A stretch of DNA of 64,000 nucleotides from Pelagibacteraceae bacterium. GTDB taxonomy: Bacteria > Pseudomonadota > Alphaproteobacteria > HIMB59 > GCA-002718135. The stretch covers positions 1,722 through 65,721 of the forward strand of contig JAGFWP010000030.1 in assembly GCA_017639935.1 (NCBI GenBank), read 5' to 3'. A model generated the notes under the pieces. It was not told the origin of the DNA, searched no databases, and saw only the letters and a program-made list of their open reading frames with translations. Below, piece by piece: positions 55,587 to 64,000 of this stretch (positions are counted from its first letter, which is position 1; each line of letters begins with the position of its first letter). The position numbers and the translations under genes are program-made.

Positions 55587-56549
55587 AGATAATTGCACTT
55601 GAGGACGCGCTCCAAAGTGTGAAATTATTTCGGAAGCCGCGATAGAAGCCAATCTTCCGCACTCAACCAAATCTTTTTGACGAGACAGGCCATAAAGAAA
55701 ACCCGAAGCATACAAATCACCAGCCCCTGTTGTGTCTATAACTTTATCAACTGGCTTTCCTTCAATTTCTATCACACTATCTTTATCAACAATGATGGAC
55801 CCCTTTTCACCAAGAGTTATCACTGTTATAATGTTAAGTGATTTAGCATAGGCAATTCCATCATCTAAATTTTTTGTTTTGATCATTGAACAAATTTCAT
55901 CCTGATTAGCAAAAAGAATGTCGATATCATCATTGATAAGCCGTTTAAAAGAATCACGATGACGATCAACGCAGAATGGATCAGACAGGGTAAATGCAGT
56001 TTTTTGCTTGTCTGCCTTACAAATATTGACCATTTTTCTCATTGCTTGTTTGGCTTTGTTGTTATCCCATAAATATCCCTCTAAATAAGCAATTTGATGA
56101 TTTTTTATATCTTCCTCTTTGATGTCTTCTGGCCCAACGAGCGTTCCGGCCCCTAGAAAAGTGCACATTGTTCTGGCGCCATCTTGTTCTACAAAAATTG
56201 TGCAGCATCCTGTCGACACATCGGGCGACGTGAATCCCAGAGGAAATTTTAAACCTTCTCGAACCATATCTTTTTGAAGAAAAACACCTACTTCATCTTC
56301 TTTAATCTTGCCGATAAAGCTCCCACTGCCTCCAAATGAGGTGATTCCAAACATGGAGTTGCCAAGCGAGCCCCCTCCCACCATCTCCTTAATGGGGTAA
56401 TTTGAATGAAGTTTATTTTTTAATTCTTCATCAATGAGATTCATGGAGTTGCGGTTTAAGTTGTTTTTTTCAATTTCCTCCTGATTAGAGGAAATAATCG
56501 CATCAACCATTGCATTTCCGATTCCAATGACATCAAGACGTGAATTCAT
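55575..56549 (-). CDS. PfkB-family kinase, adenosine kinase-like
   Basis: GIGNAMVD is at the N-terminus and DTTGAGDLYASGFLYG near the C-terminus. It sits in a purine salvage context next to add. Confidence 0.78.
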   Translation of the reverse strand: MNSRLDVIGIGNAMVDAIISSNQEEIEKNNLNRNSMNLIDEELKNKLHSNYPIKEMVGGGSLGNSMFGITSFGGSGSFIGKIKEDEVGVFLQKDMVREGLKFPLGFTSPDVSTGCCTIFVEQDGARTMCTFLGAGTLVGPEDIKEEDIKNHQIAYLEGYLWDNNKAKQAMRKMVNICKADKQKTAFTLSDPFCVDRHRDSFKRLINDDIDILFANQDEICSMIKTKNLDDGIAYAKSLNIITVITLGEKGSIIVDKDSVIEIEGKPVDKVIDTTGAGDLYASGFLYGLSRQKDLVECGRLASIAASEIISHFGARPQVQLSSLI

Positions 56550-56585
56550 TATTTTATAATGCGAATGTAGTATAGCTGTTTTTCA

Positions 56586-57479
56586 CTATAAATTTTTTTG
56601 TCTTTTAACATATAATGGAATTAACTGAACTAAAATTACTCCCAGCAAAATGCATGAGCATCCAACCAACTTGTAACTATCAAGATATTGATTCATAATA
56701 ATCCACCCCGCAATAGCAGCAAACACTGATTCCATAGATAAAATAATTGCCGCTGGTGCCGGGTTTGCTTTTCCTTGTGCTACTATTTGAATAGTGTAAG
56801 CAACGCCCGTTGACATTATTCCGCAATATATAATTTCAAACCATTCTAGTTGCATAGTTGCAAAAGAAACATTCTCAAAACTCACTGCTACAATCAATGA
56901 TAAAACCAGAACAACCATATATTGAATGCAAGCAAAACTAAAAGGACTGTTAAAACGCTTCATGAAAACATCAATGAGAATTATGTGAAAAGCAAAAGAA
57001 ACGCCTGATAGAAATAATAATCCGTCTGATTTTTGTATTTCAAGTGTTTGATTAAAAGTTAATAAATAGGATCCAAAAACACACAAAAGAACTGCGATCC
57101 ATATGACCCAATACAAGTAAGTCTTAAATATAAACCTTGAGATGATTGCTACGATTGGGACATAAAGGGTGGTTAAAAAAGAAGCATTAGCCACCTGTGA
57201 TTTTAATAAAGCATATTGTTGTAAATTCATTCCTATAAAAAAAATAAAACCCGTAGACAGGGCTATGACAAGTAAGTTTTTTTGGAAAATAATTTTATTT
57301 ATTTTTTTTGTTTCAAAAATTAACGCAAGAGGTAATACCACTAAAAAACCCAAAGATGTTCGTGCGAAACTGAAAGTGAATGGACCAATATGCCCCATTC
57401 CCGTTGCTTGGGCTACAAAAGCAGTTCCCCAAATCAACGATGCTAATAATAAAAGAAGATTAGCCTGTGTGTGGCTCAT
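56586..57479 (-). CDS. EamA/DMT family transporter
   Basis: It has ten TM segments and the EamA repeat pattern (LLLLASLIWGTAFVA...). Confidence 0.8.
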   Translation of the reverse strand: MSHTQANLLLLLASLIWGTAFVAQATGMGHIGPFTFSFARTSLGFLVVLPLALIFETKKINKIIFQKNLLVIALSTGFIFFIGMNLQQYALLKSQVANASFLTTLYVPIVAIISRFIFKTYLYWVIWIAVLLCVFGSYLLTFNQTLEIQKSDGLLFLSGVSFAFHIILIDVFMKRFNSPFSFACIQYMVVLVLSLIVAVSFENVSFATMQLEWFEIIYCGIMSTGVAYTIQIVAQGKANPAPAAIILSMESVFAAIAGWIIMNQYLDSYKLVGCSCILLGVILVQLIPLYVKRQKNL

Positions 57480-57485
57480 GCAAAA

Positions 57486-59297
57486 TTATTGTTTTTTTAA
57501 TTGTTGTCGTTTTTCTAAGTTAGCCCACCATGACTCAATGACAATGCCGTAAAGAGGAATGTTATCAGGATATTCTAAAAAATTCCAGTAAGCTATGCGG
57601 TCAATCGCGCTGTGATACAAAGGTATGACATAATGTCCCCATAATAAAACACGGTCCAAAGCATGAATTGTTGTCGTTAATTCATCTCGCGTCTTAGCGC
57701 CGATAAGTTTTTCAATCAGAAGATCAACAACAGGACTATCAACTCCTGCATAATTTTTACTGCCTTCTTTTTTTCCAACATCAGATCCCCAATAAAACTG
57801 TTGTTCATTCCCCGGACTCAAACTTACCCGCCATGAATTTTTTATCATATCAAAATCATAATCAAGCATACGCGCCTGATATTGGGATGAATCTACCGTG
57901 CGGACACTCATTGTTATTCCAAGAGTTTCCAAAGTCTTTTGAAAAGCGAGGGCAAGGCGCTCTACGGAAGGACTGACAATTAAAAATTCGAAAACAAACT
58001 CCTTTCCTTCACTCATCAACTTTCCATTTTCGATTTTCCACCCCTCTTCCTCCAATATTTTTTTTGCAACACGCAGATTATCTCTTGGCATGCCGGACCC
58101 ATCAGAAATTGGCGGTTTATAGGTTTTAGTAAATATTTCTTCTGACAGTTGATCTTTCCAAGGATTAAGTAATTCTAATTCTTCTTTTGACGGCAATCCA
58201 GATGAAGCAAGAGGCGAATTGTCAAAATAACTGTCTGTTCGTGTATAAGCATTGTCATAGAGAACCTTATTGATCCATTCATGGTCGTAGGCATAACTCA
58301 GTGCCTCCCTCACACGAGGATTGCTAAAAATCTCCCTTCGGGAATTCATAGCTAAAGCGTTCATACCCGTTGGCCGATCATTTTTCATTTCATGCAAGAT
58401 TACATCTCCTCTGTCTACCGCGGGAAAATCATAGTTTGTTTGCCAACGCTGCGCATTGTATTCGCGGCGGTAATCATAATCACCGACTTTAAATGCTTCC
58501 AACAGAACGTTAGAATCTTTGTAATAATCATATGTTAAATAATCAAAATTATATAAACCTTTATTAACAGGCAGATCCTTAGCCCAGTAATTCTCAACCC
58601 TTTTATAAATAATTTTTCGTCCAGGATCGACTTCTGCAATTGCATAAGGGCCGCTTCCCAGAGGAATATCAAGAAAAGTTTTTGTTACATCAATCGCTTC
58701 ATAATATTTTTTTGGAATGATAGGTAAAAAACCAGCAACAATTAAGGGCAATTCCTTATCTTCATTATCAATAAAAATCATCTTAATGCCATTATCTCCG
58801 ATCATTTGAGTTTCAACCACTTTGCCATAAGTTTTCTTTTGATTGGGGGTGCCCTTAGTTTGGAAGGTGTGAAGACTAAATAAAACATCATCACGTGTAA
58901 TGGTGCTGCCATCGTGAAAGCGTGCATCAGGATTAATAAAAAAAGTAATTGAAGAGCGATCTTCAGGCATTTCAATGTATTCTGCTATTAAACCGTAGAG
59001 CGTAAATGCCTCATCCCAAACACGCCGCATCAGGGTGTCATTGATGTATCCTAGACCAGAGGCTTTAGAGCCCTTAAAAGCAACACGATTAAGATTATCA
59101 AACGATCCATAAGAACCAAAACGTAAAGTTCCACCCTTTGGCGCGCTAGGATTTACATAGGACAAATGAGTAAAATTTTTATCATATTTTGGAACGCCAT
59201 GCATCGCCAGGCCGTGCATCTTTTCTGCCTGAGTAACACCTGGGCTTATTAATAAAATGCCTAGGATTGACAGTATGAGAAATTTATTTGATAGCAT
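57486..59297 (-). CDS. ABC transporter substrate-binding protein, family 5 (peptide/opine, YejA-like)
   Basis: It has a signal peptide, is 603 aa long and shows an SBP_bac_5-like pattern (GGTLRFGSYGSFDNLN...). No cognate permease or ATPase lies nearby. Confidence 0.8.
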   Translation of the reverse strand: MLSNKFLILSILGILLISPGVTQAEKMHGLAMHGVPKYDKNFTHLSYVNPSAPKGGTLRFGSYGSFDNLNRVAFKGSKASGLGYINDTLMRRVWDEAFTLYGLIAEYIEMPEDRSSITFFINPDARFHDGSTITRDDVLFSLHTFQTKGTPNQKKTYGKVVETQMIGDNGIKMIFIDNEDKELPLIVAGFLPIIPKKYYEAIDVTKTFLDIPLGSGPYAIAEVDPGRKIIYKRVENYWAKDLPVNKGLYNFDYLTYDYYKDSNVLLEAFKVGDYDYRREYNAQRWQTNYDFPAVDRGDVILHEMKNDRPTGMNALAMNSRREIFSNPRVREALSYAYDHEWINKVLYDNAYTRTDSYFDNSPLASSGLPSKEELELLNPWKDQLSEEIFTKTYKPPISDGSGMPRDNLRVAKKILEEEGWKIENGKLMSEGKEFVFEFLIVSPSVERLALAFQKTLETLGITMSVRTVDSSQYQARMLDYDFDMIKNSWRVSLSPGNEQQFYWGSDVGKKEGSKNYAGVDSPVVDLLIEKLIGAKTRDELTTTIHALDRVLLWGHYVIPLYHSAIDRIAYWNFLEYPDNIPLYGIVIESWWANLEKRQQLKKQ

Positions 59298-59389
59298 TTT
59301 TATGATATTCTAGCACTCTTTTACATATTTTAAACAAACAATAATATACTAAAACTACAAATATATATTACAATATTATTAAGCATTTT

Positions 59390-60307
59390 ATGAAATTTTT
59401 TGGATCAGAAATCACGCCTTACAAAAAATATTTAACTAGACGTCAATTCATTCAATCTTCCATTGCAACATCAATTGTCGCCACTTTATCTTCAGATTCA
59501 TATGCGATGCATGAGCAGCAAGATAGTCAATACAGTGATCAGTTAAGTCAAAACGACTTTCTTAATACTTATGAAGAAATCACAACATATAATAATTTTT
59601 ATGAATTTGGAGTAGAAAAATCTGATCCATCTTCTAACTCTGGACATTTTAAGTCACGTCCCTGGAGCATAAATATTGATGGATTAGTGCAAAAGCCAGG
59701 AGTAATTGATTTAGAGGATTTACTTAAAAATATTACAATTGAAGATCGTATCTACAGGCTACGCTGCGTTGAAGCATGGTCAATGGTTATTCCTTGGCAG
59801 GGATTTCCCTTACAGCTATTAATAAATAAAGTTCAACCTTTCTCGAATGCGAAATATGTTCAATTTGAAACAGTTTATCGTCCTGAAGAAATGCCTGGTC
59901 AGCGTCGTAATATTTTACAATGGCCGTATGTTGAAGGTCTTCGTATGGATGAAGCAGTGCACCCACTTACTATTTTATCAACCGGACTATATGGTCATGA
60001 TTTACTGAATCAAAATGGCGCTCCTCTAAGACTTGTTGTGCCTTGGAAATATGGCTTTAAATCAATTAAGTCTATTGCAACAATCCGTTTTGTTGATAGT
60101 GAGCCCCAAACCACTTGGCCATTGGACAATCCACGGGAATATGGTTTTTATTCTAACGTTAATCCAAGTGTTGATCATCCGCGATGGACGCAAGCCACAG
60201 AAAGACGCATTGGGGAATTTTTTCGCAGGCCTACATTGATGTTTAATGGATATGAAGAGGAAGTATCGCATTTATATAAGGATATGGATTTAACGAAATA
60301 TTATTAA
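59390..60307 (+). CDS. msrP: protein-methionine-sulfoxide reductase catalytic subunit MsrP (YedY)
   Basis: The Tat signal is [10 protein letters not shown], and the molybdopterin-domain motif is [20 protein letters not shown]. Confidence 0.9.
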   Translation: MKFFGSEITPYKKYLTRRQFIQSSIATSIVATLSSDSYAMHEQQDSQYSDQLSQNDFLNTYEEITTYNNFYEFGVEKSDPSSNSGHFKSRPWSINIDGLVQKPGVIDLEDLLKNITIEDRIYRLRCVEAWSMVIPWQGFPLQLLINKVQPFSNAKYVQFETVYRPEEMPGQRRNILQWPYVEGLRMDEAVHPLTILSTGLYGHDLLNQNGAPLRLVVPWKYGFKSIKSIATIRFVDSEPQTTWPLDNPREYGFYSNVNPSVDHPRWTQATERRIGEFFRRPTLMFNGYEEEVSHLYKDMDLTKYY

Positions 60308-60312
60308 GTTAT

Positions 60313-60909
60313 ATGATTTTATCAACGAAGATTGTTAAACGATCAAAGCCAATAATATTTTTACTATTACTTTCACCAAGTATGCTTTGGGGCATTATGT
60401 TTATTCAGAGTAATTTAGGCATTAATCCTATTGAAAAATTAATGGATGAATTGGGACAAATGGCACTTCGTTTAATAATTGTAACACTGATAATTTCATC
60501 TTTATCTCAATATAAATTTTTGCGCTCGCTTCAAAATATAAGACGCATGATAGGTTTGATGGCCTTTTATTATGTTGTATGTCATTTCTTAACCTACATT
60601 GTTCTAGATCATTTTTTTAACTGGAAATTCGTCATAAAAGACATTGTCAAAAGACCTTTTATAACTTTTGGATTTATCAATTTTATTCTTTTTTTGCCGT
60701 TGGTGCTTACTTCCACAAACGCAATGGTAAAAAAAGTAACATTTAAAATCTGGAAAAAAATCCATTATCTCATCTATATCATCGCGCCTTTGGCAACACT
60801 TCATTTTTATTTATTAACAAAAGCCGATAAAACGGAACCGCTGATTTATTTAGGAATAATTCTTCTTTTATTGCTTTGGCGCTTTTATTATAAAATAATA
60901 AGAAAATAA
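60313..60909 (+). CDS. msrQ: protein-methionine-sulfoxide reductase heme-binding subunit MsrQ (YedZ)
   Basis: It is a six-TM ferric-reductase-like protein with conserved His residues (CHFLTY, KIHYLIY), directly after msrP. Confidence 0.85.
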   Translation: MILSTKIVKRSKPIIFLLLLSPSMLWGIMFIQSNLGINPIEKLMDELGQMALRLIIVTLIISSLSQYKFLRSLQNIRRMIGLMAFYYVVCHFLTYIVLDHFFNWKFVIKDIVKRPFITFGFINFILFLPLVLTSTNAMVKKVTFKIWKKIHYLIYIIAPLATLHFYLLTKADKTEPLIYLGIILLLLLWRFYYKIIRK

Positions 60910-60910
60910 C

Positions 60911-62146
60911 TTATTCCTCGGTTGACTCCACCTTAGGATTAAGTTCCATTCCGACAGCAGAAATATTGCGAGGAAGAGGAACATATTGAGATTCAATATC
61001 CGCAGGTTTTGCTCTTTTACCCATTCTGTAAAGACCAAACAAACCAAATAGAAGATGAACAATAAATAGGTATGCAAAAAAACCATCAGGCCCGATGCCT
61101 TTCATAAAAAATGAAGCTATAATTGGTCCTAAAATTGCACCTATTCCAACTAATATGGCCATTGAAGAACTTGCAGCAACTATTTCATCAGGTTGCAAAA
61201 AGTCATTTGTATGAGCAACAGCCAATGAATACATCGGCAGGCTCATTCCTGCATAAAAAGCCAAGATTATAAAAAATATGATAAGAGATAAATACGAGGA
61301 AGCAACAATGAATATAGACAAACAAGATGCTATTAAAGTAACGCCAACAAGAATTATACGACGATCTATGCGGTCAGACAAATAACCAATCGGCCATTGT
61401 AATATGGCGCCAAAAGTACTGACAATAATCATAAAAATAGAAATTTCAAAAGTGCTGAATCCTTTCGCGATAGCGTAAACGGCTCCGTATCCAAATATTG
61501 CACTATGCGCGAGACCTATAAAAAATGCTCCTACAAACCCAAGAGGAGTAAGAATATACAATTCTTTCAATGTAAGTCGCTTTGGGTTATCGAAGTTCGG
61601 CGCATCTGTAATTGATAAAAGAATTGGCAATAATGAAAAAGATAAAAGAATGGATACTAGAATAAAAAGATCAACCTTCGCTGGATCACTGAGATTTAAT
61701 AATAACTGACCTAAACCTACAAATGAAAAAGTAACTATCATATAAATAGATAAAATTTTACCACGTGTTTTATTTGTTGATTTGTCATTAAGCCAGCTTT
61801 CCATGATGACATAGATGCCAGACAAACTAATGCCTGTTAAAATACGAATAAAAAACCAAGAGATGGGTTCAAGAAAGACCGAATGCAACAAAATAGCTAT
61901 GGAGGCAAGAGATGCCAGAGCCGCGAAAACACGAATGTGTCCGACGCGCTGAAGCAAGGTTGGTATGAGAATCGAACCAGCAAGAAAGCCTACATAATAT
62001 CCAGCGACAACAAAACCGGTTGAAACAAAACTAAAACCCTCAACAATTGCACGAATGCCCAAAAGCGTTCCTTGTAATCCATGCGCCGTTGATATTATGG
62101 CAAAACCAAAAAACAAAGCCCAAGTTTTAAGAAGTACGGACGTCAT
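60911..62146 (-). CDS. MFS transporter
   Basis: It has 12 predicted TM segments and an MFS loop motif (SDRIDRRIIL). Confidence 0.8.
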   Translation of the reverse strand: MTSVLLKTWALFFGFAIISTAHGLQGTLLGIRAIVEGFSFVSTGFVVAGYYVGFLAGSILIPTLLQRVGHIRVFAALASLASIAILLHSVFLEPISWFFIRILTGISLSGIYVIMESWLNDKSTNKTRGKILSIYMIVTFSFVGLGQLLLNLSDPAKVDLFILVSILLSFSLLPILLSITDAPNFDNPKRLTLKELYILTPLGFVGAFFIGLAHSAIFGYGAVYAIAKGFSTFEISIFMIIVSTFGAILQWPIGYLSDRIDRRIILVGVTLIASCLSIFIVASSYLSLIIFFIILAFYAGMSLPMYSLAVAHTNDFLQPDEIVAASSSMAILVGIGAILGPIIASFFMKGIGPDGFFAYLFIVHLLFGLFGLYRMGKRAKPADIESQYVPLPRNISAVGMELNPKVESTEE

Positions 62147-62188
62147 ACATAAGTATTTTTAGTGTAATGTTATAATAAAATTAATGAT

Positions 62189-62536
62189 TTAATATTCTTC
62201 TTTGTCTTCTTTTTGTTTTATTCCCACATCAATGGCTGGGTCAACATCTATTTCTTCTTCAATTAAAACAGCATCATCTTCTACAACTTCTTCATTGGAT
62301 TCTAAATCTATATTTTCAATATTTAAGTCATTTTCTTTTGGCTTAGCAGGAACGGGATTAGTTAAAGGGGAAGAATTTGTACTACCAGGTTTTCGCCCTC
62401 TTCGCGGTTTTGACATCGTGGTCACTTCAATTTCCCTGCCACATTCAGGGCACTCCAACTCGGTTCTTCCAAGATCATAGTATTGCTTGCTGCACATTGG
62501 ACAAATTCTTTTTAAACCCCAAGATTCTTTATACAT
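62189..62536 (-). CDS. TIGR02300-family zinc-ribbon protein (FYDLN_acid)
   Basis: It has CPMCSKQYYDLGRTELECPECG followed by a basic stretch and a highly acidic C-terminus. Confidence 0.75.
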   Translation of the reverse strand: MYKESWGLKRICPMCSKQYYDLGRTELECPECGREIEVTTMSKPRRGRKPGSTNSSPLTNPVPAKPKENDLNIENIDLESNEEVVEDDAVLIEEEIDVDPAIDVGIKQKEDKEEY

Positions 62537-62538
62537 AT

Positions 62539-62715
62539 CTAACTCTGTTTGTTTTTATTTCTGATATACGTTTTACTACAGTAACTACAGATAATCTTAT
62601 TAGATTGATCAAAGGTGTAATAAACTGCGGGATGTCCTAACTCATCTTGTCCTCCATCGCAACAGATAGTTTCGATATCCGGATCAACCTTCACTGTATT
62701 ATCGTTATCACTCAT
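62539..62715 (-). CDS. small zinc-finger protein (zf-CHCC-like), 58 aa; absent from the ORF track
   Basis: My translation of the minus strand is MSDNDNTVKVDPDIETICCDGGQDELGHPAVYYTFDQSNKIICSYCSKTYIRNKNKQS. The C..GG...LGHP.VY......CxYC pattern matches zf-CHCC. Its stop is 2 nt before the TIGR02300 start. Confidence 0.6.
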   Translation of the reverse strand: MSDNDNTVKVDPDIETICCDGGQDELGHPAVYYTFDQSNKIICSYCSKTYIRNKNKQS

Positions 62716-62750
62716 AAGTAAGATCTAATAGGAAATTTTATGTTCAATGT

Positions 62751-63635
62751 CTATAGCTTTTCCAACAACAAACGCGCCCTTACAATATTTTCTATGTAAT
62801 ATTTTTCATAACGAAATGGCAACTCAAAATTGAGATTGATGTTTTCAGGAAATTGCACCTCATCAAAAATTTTATCAAATGGAATATCCCCCCAACCCAA
62901 AGGAAGATGCAAATCTCCCTGACCATAAGAAGTGTTTTCAGCATCAATATAAGTCCATATTCTCTCAATCGTGCCAAAAGAGTCATGCATGTGAATATGC
63001 TCTGAAAGCGGACCCATCGTTTTTATTTCATTTATAAAGTGAGCATTTCTATAGTTGCAATTTATATATGCATGCGAGAAATCCAGGCAACATTTTACAT
63101 TAGGATGGTTGATCTTGTTAATTTGTTTTGAAATTTCACTTGGAAGAGGAGCGTAGTGATTAAGTGTAAAGGGAAACAAGTTTTCAATTCCCAGAGTTAC
63201 GTTGTGAGATTTAGCGTACTCGCCCATTTCAGCATAACATTCCTGCTGTCTCATTAAATGAGAAGTATATAATTCTTTATTTTCATACACATTATTAGTA
63301 GTTTGTCCAAAATGGGTAACGAGATGGGTGGCTTTAATCTCTCCTGATACTTCAATATCTCTTTTTAAAACTTCTTTATGACTCTCAAAGTGTTCTTGAT
63401 CCAATAAATTCACGCTTAGCTCTCCATGAGTCGTATAATCAATGCCTTGATTGAGAAGAGTGTCTTTTAAAATTTTTAACTCAGCCTGATTTATTTTTTT
63501 TCCGCAAATAACATCTGTTTCAAATATAGATATTTCTAAAGAATCAACGCCAGCTTCCTTACACATCTTAATTTGATTGATAAGAGCGCTTATGTCTCCA
63601 TTAGGGCATTGACTTGTAAAACCTATTTTTTTCAT
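62751..63635 (-). CDS. sugar phosphate isomerase/epimerase (xylose isomerase-like TIM barrel)
   Basis: The sequence has AP_endonuc_2-like features: VDSLEISIFE, HLVTHFG, IENLF, DFSHAY and HMHDS metal-ligand-like positions. Confidence 0.65.
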   Translation of the reverse strand: MKKIGFTSQCPNGDISALINQIKMCKEAGVDSLEISIFETDVICGKKINQAELKILKDTLLNQGIDYTTHGELSVNLLDQEHFESHKEVLKRDIEVSGEIKATHLVTHFGQTTNNVYENKELYTSHLMRQQECYAEMGEYAKSHNVTLGIENLFPFTLNHYAPLPSEISKQINKINHPNVKCCLDFSHAYINCNYRNAHFINEIKTMGPLSEHIHMHDSFGTIERIWTYIDAENTSYGQGDLHLPLGWGDIPFDKIFDEVQFPENINLNFELPFRYEKYYIENIVRARLLLEKL

Positions 63636-63654
63636 TTTTTACAGAGAAATTTTA

Positions 63655-64000
63655 TTAGATTTGAAAATATACAATTGTAATTCCAATCACAACTAAAACC
63701 GCTGGAAGCATCCTTTCTTTGGCCTTTTTTTCATTTAAGATAAAAAACCCCATTAGTGTGGCTAGCACAATGCTAGTTTCTCGAATGGAAGACACATAGG
63801 CAATTTCTAAATATTGCATAGACCACACGACTATCCCATAACTTAATATGGCCAGAATTCCTGCGGGAATTCCTCTGGAAATGATTTTTCTATTTAGGTT
63901 GGAAAGTAATTTCTCCTTAGAAAATATAGATATTAGAAGCAATGGAACGCCATTCAATAACAGCAACCAACAAAGGTAACTAAATTTGTTTTCACTTAAA
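63655..64000 (-). CDS. EamA/DMT family transporter, 5'-truncated by the window edge
   Basis: The frame stays open upstream of the ORF-track TTG (63966) to nt 64000. The C-terminal EamA repeat pattern is present (SSIRETSIVLATLMGFFILNE). Confidence 0.6.
   Translation of the reverse strand, partial: LSENKFSYLCWLLLLNGVPLLLISIFSKEKLLSNLNRKIISRGIPAGILAILSYGIVVWSMQYLEIAYVSSIRETSIVLATLMGFFILNEKKAKERMLPAVLVVIGITIVYFQI

Noticed and set aside
59310-59318. CTAGCACTC resembling a CIRCE half-site (TTAGCACTC) in the spacer upstream of msrP.
   Set aside because: There is no inverted partner GAGTGCTAA 9 nt away, and the context is not a chaperone gene. I also found no CIRCE element upstream of hrcA or dnaK in this window.

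Overview
The window is a very gene-dense, AT-rich chromosomal segment. Most intergenic spacers are under 100 nt, the longest are about 200-230 nt, and many genes overlap by 1-17 nt. Gene content and order point to a streamlined marine alphaproteobacterium, probably SAR11/Pelagibacterales-like. This is an inference from coaE-dnaQ, Tim44-like/Smr, hslVU-hisBH-hisAFE-HIT, rph-rdgB, hrcA-grpE, dnaKJ-dapB-nth, a DUF1476 zeta ATPase inhibitor and a TIGR02300 protein. I support 78 protein-coding genes. I found no rRNA, tRNA, CRISPR array, transposase, integrase or recognisable defence system. Functional blocks are: envelope and lipid A remodelling (2.7-6.1 kb); histidine biosynthesis; the heat-shock regulon; nucleoside uptake and salvage (upp plus a BMP-type ABC transporter, cdd-punA-deoA, add, adenosine kinase); a complete pabBAC-folPBK operon; thrS-cysS-hisI-ribA; a HupE-type metal module; a methionine/methyl-sulfur module; Fe(III) ABC uptake; and msrPQ. 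The most unusual signals are six. (1) Three near-identical GC-rich boxes of about 35 nt head three consecutive transcription units at 46.5-49.7 kb. (2) An uncharacterised three-gene HupE-linked metal module lies at 44.8-46.5 kb. (3) Palindromes resembling the Irr iron-control element (ICE) flank a split fbpAB / fbpC iron-uptake locus. (4) A perfect 13-bp hairpin buries the start codon of the ABC ATPase gene. (5) The hsp20 gene has a sigma32 promoter and a ROSE-like leader. (6) A signal-less T4-type lysozyme sits in a core-genome locus. All calls rest on reading the translations and the DNA; no database search was run.
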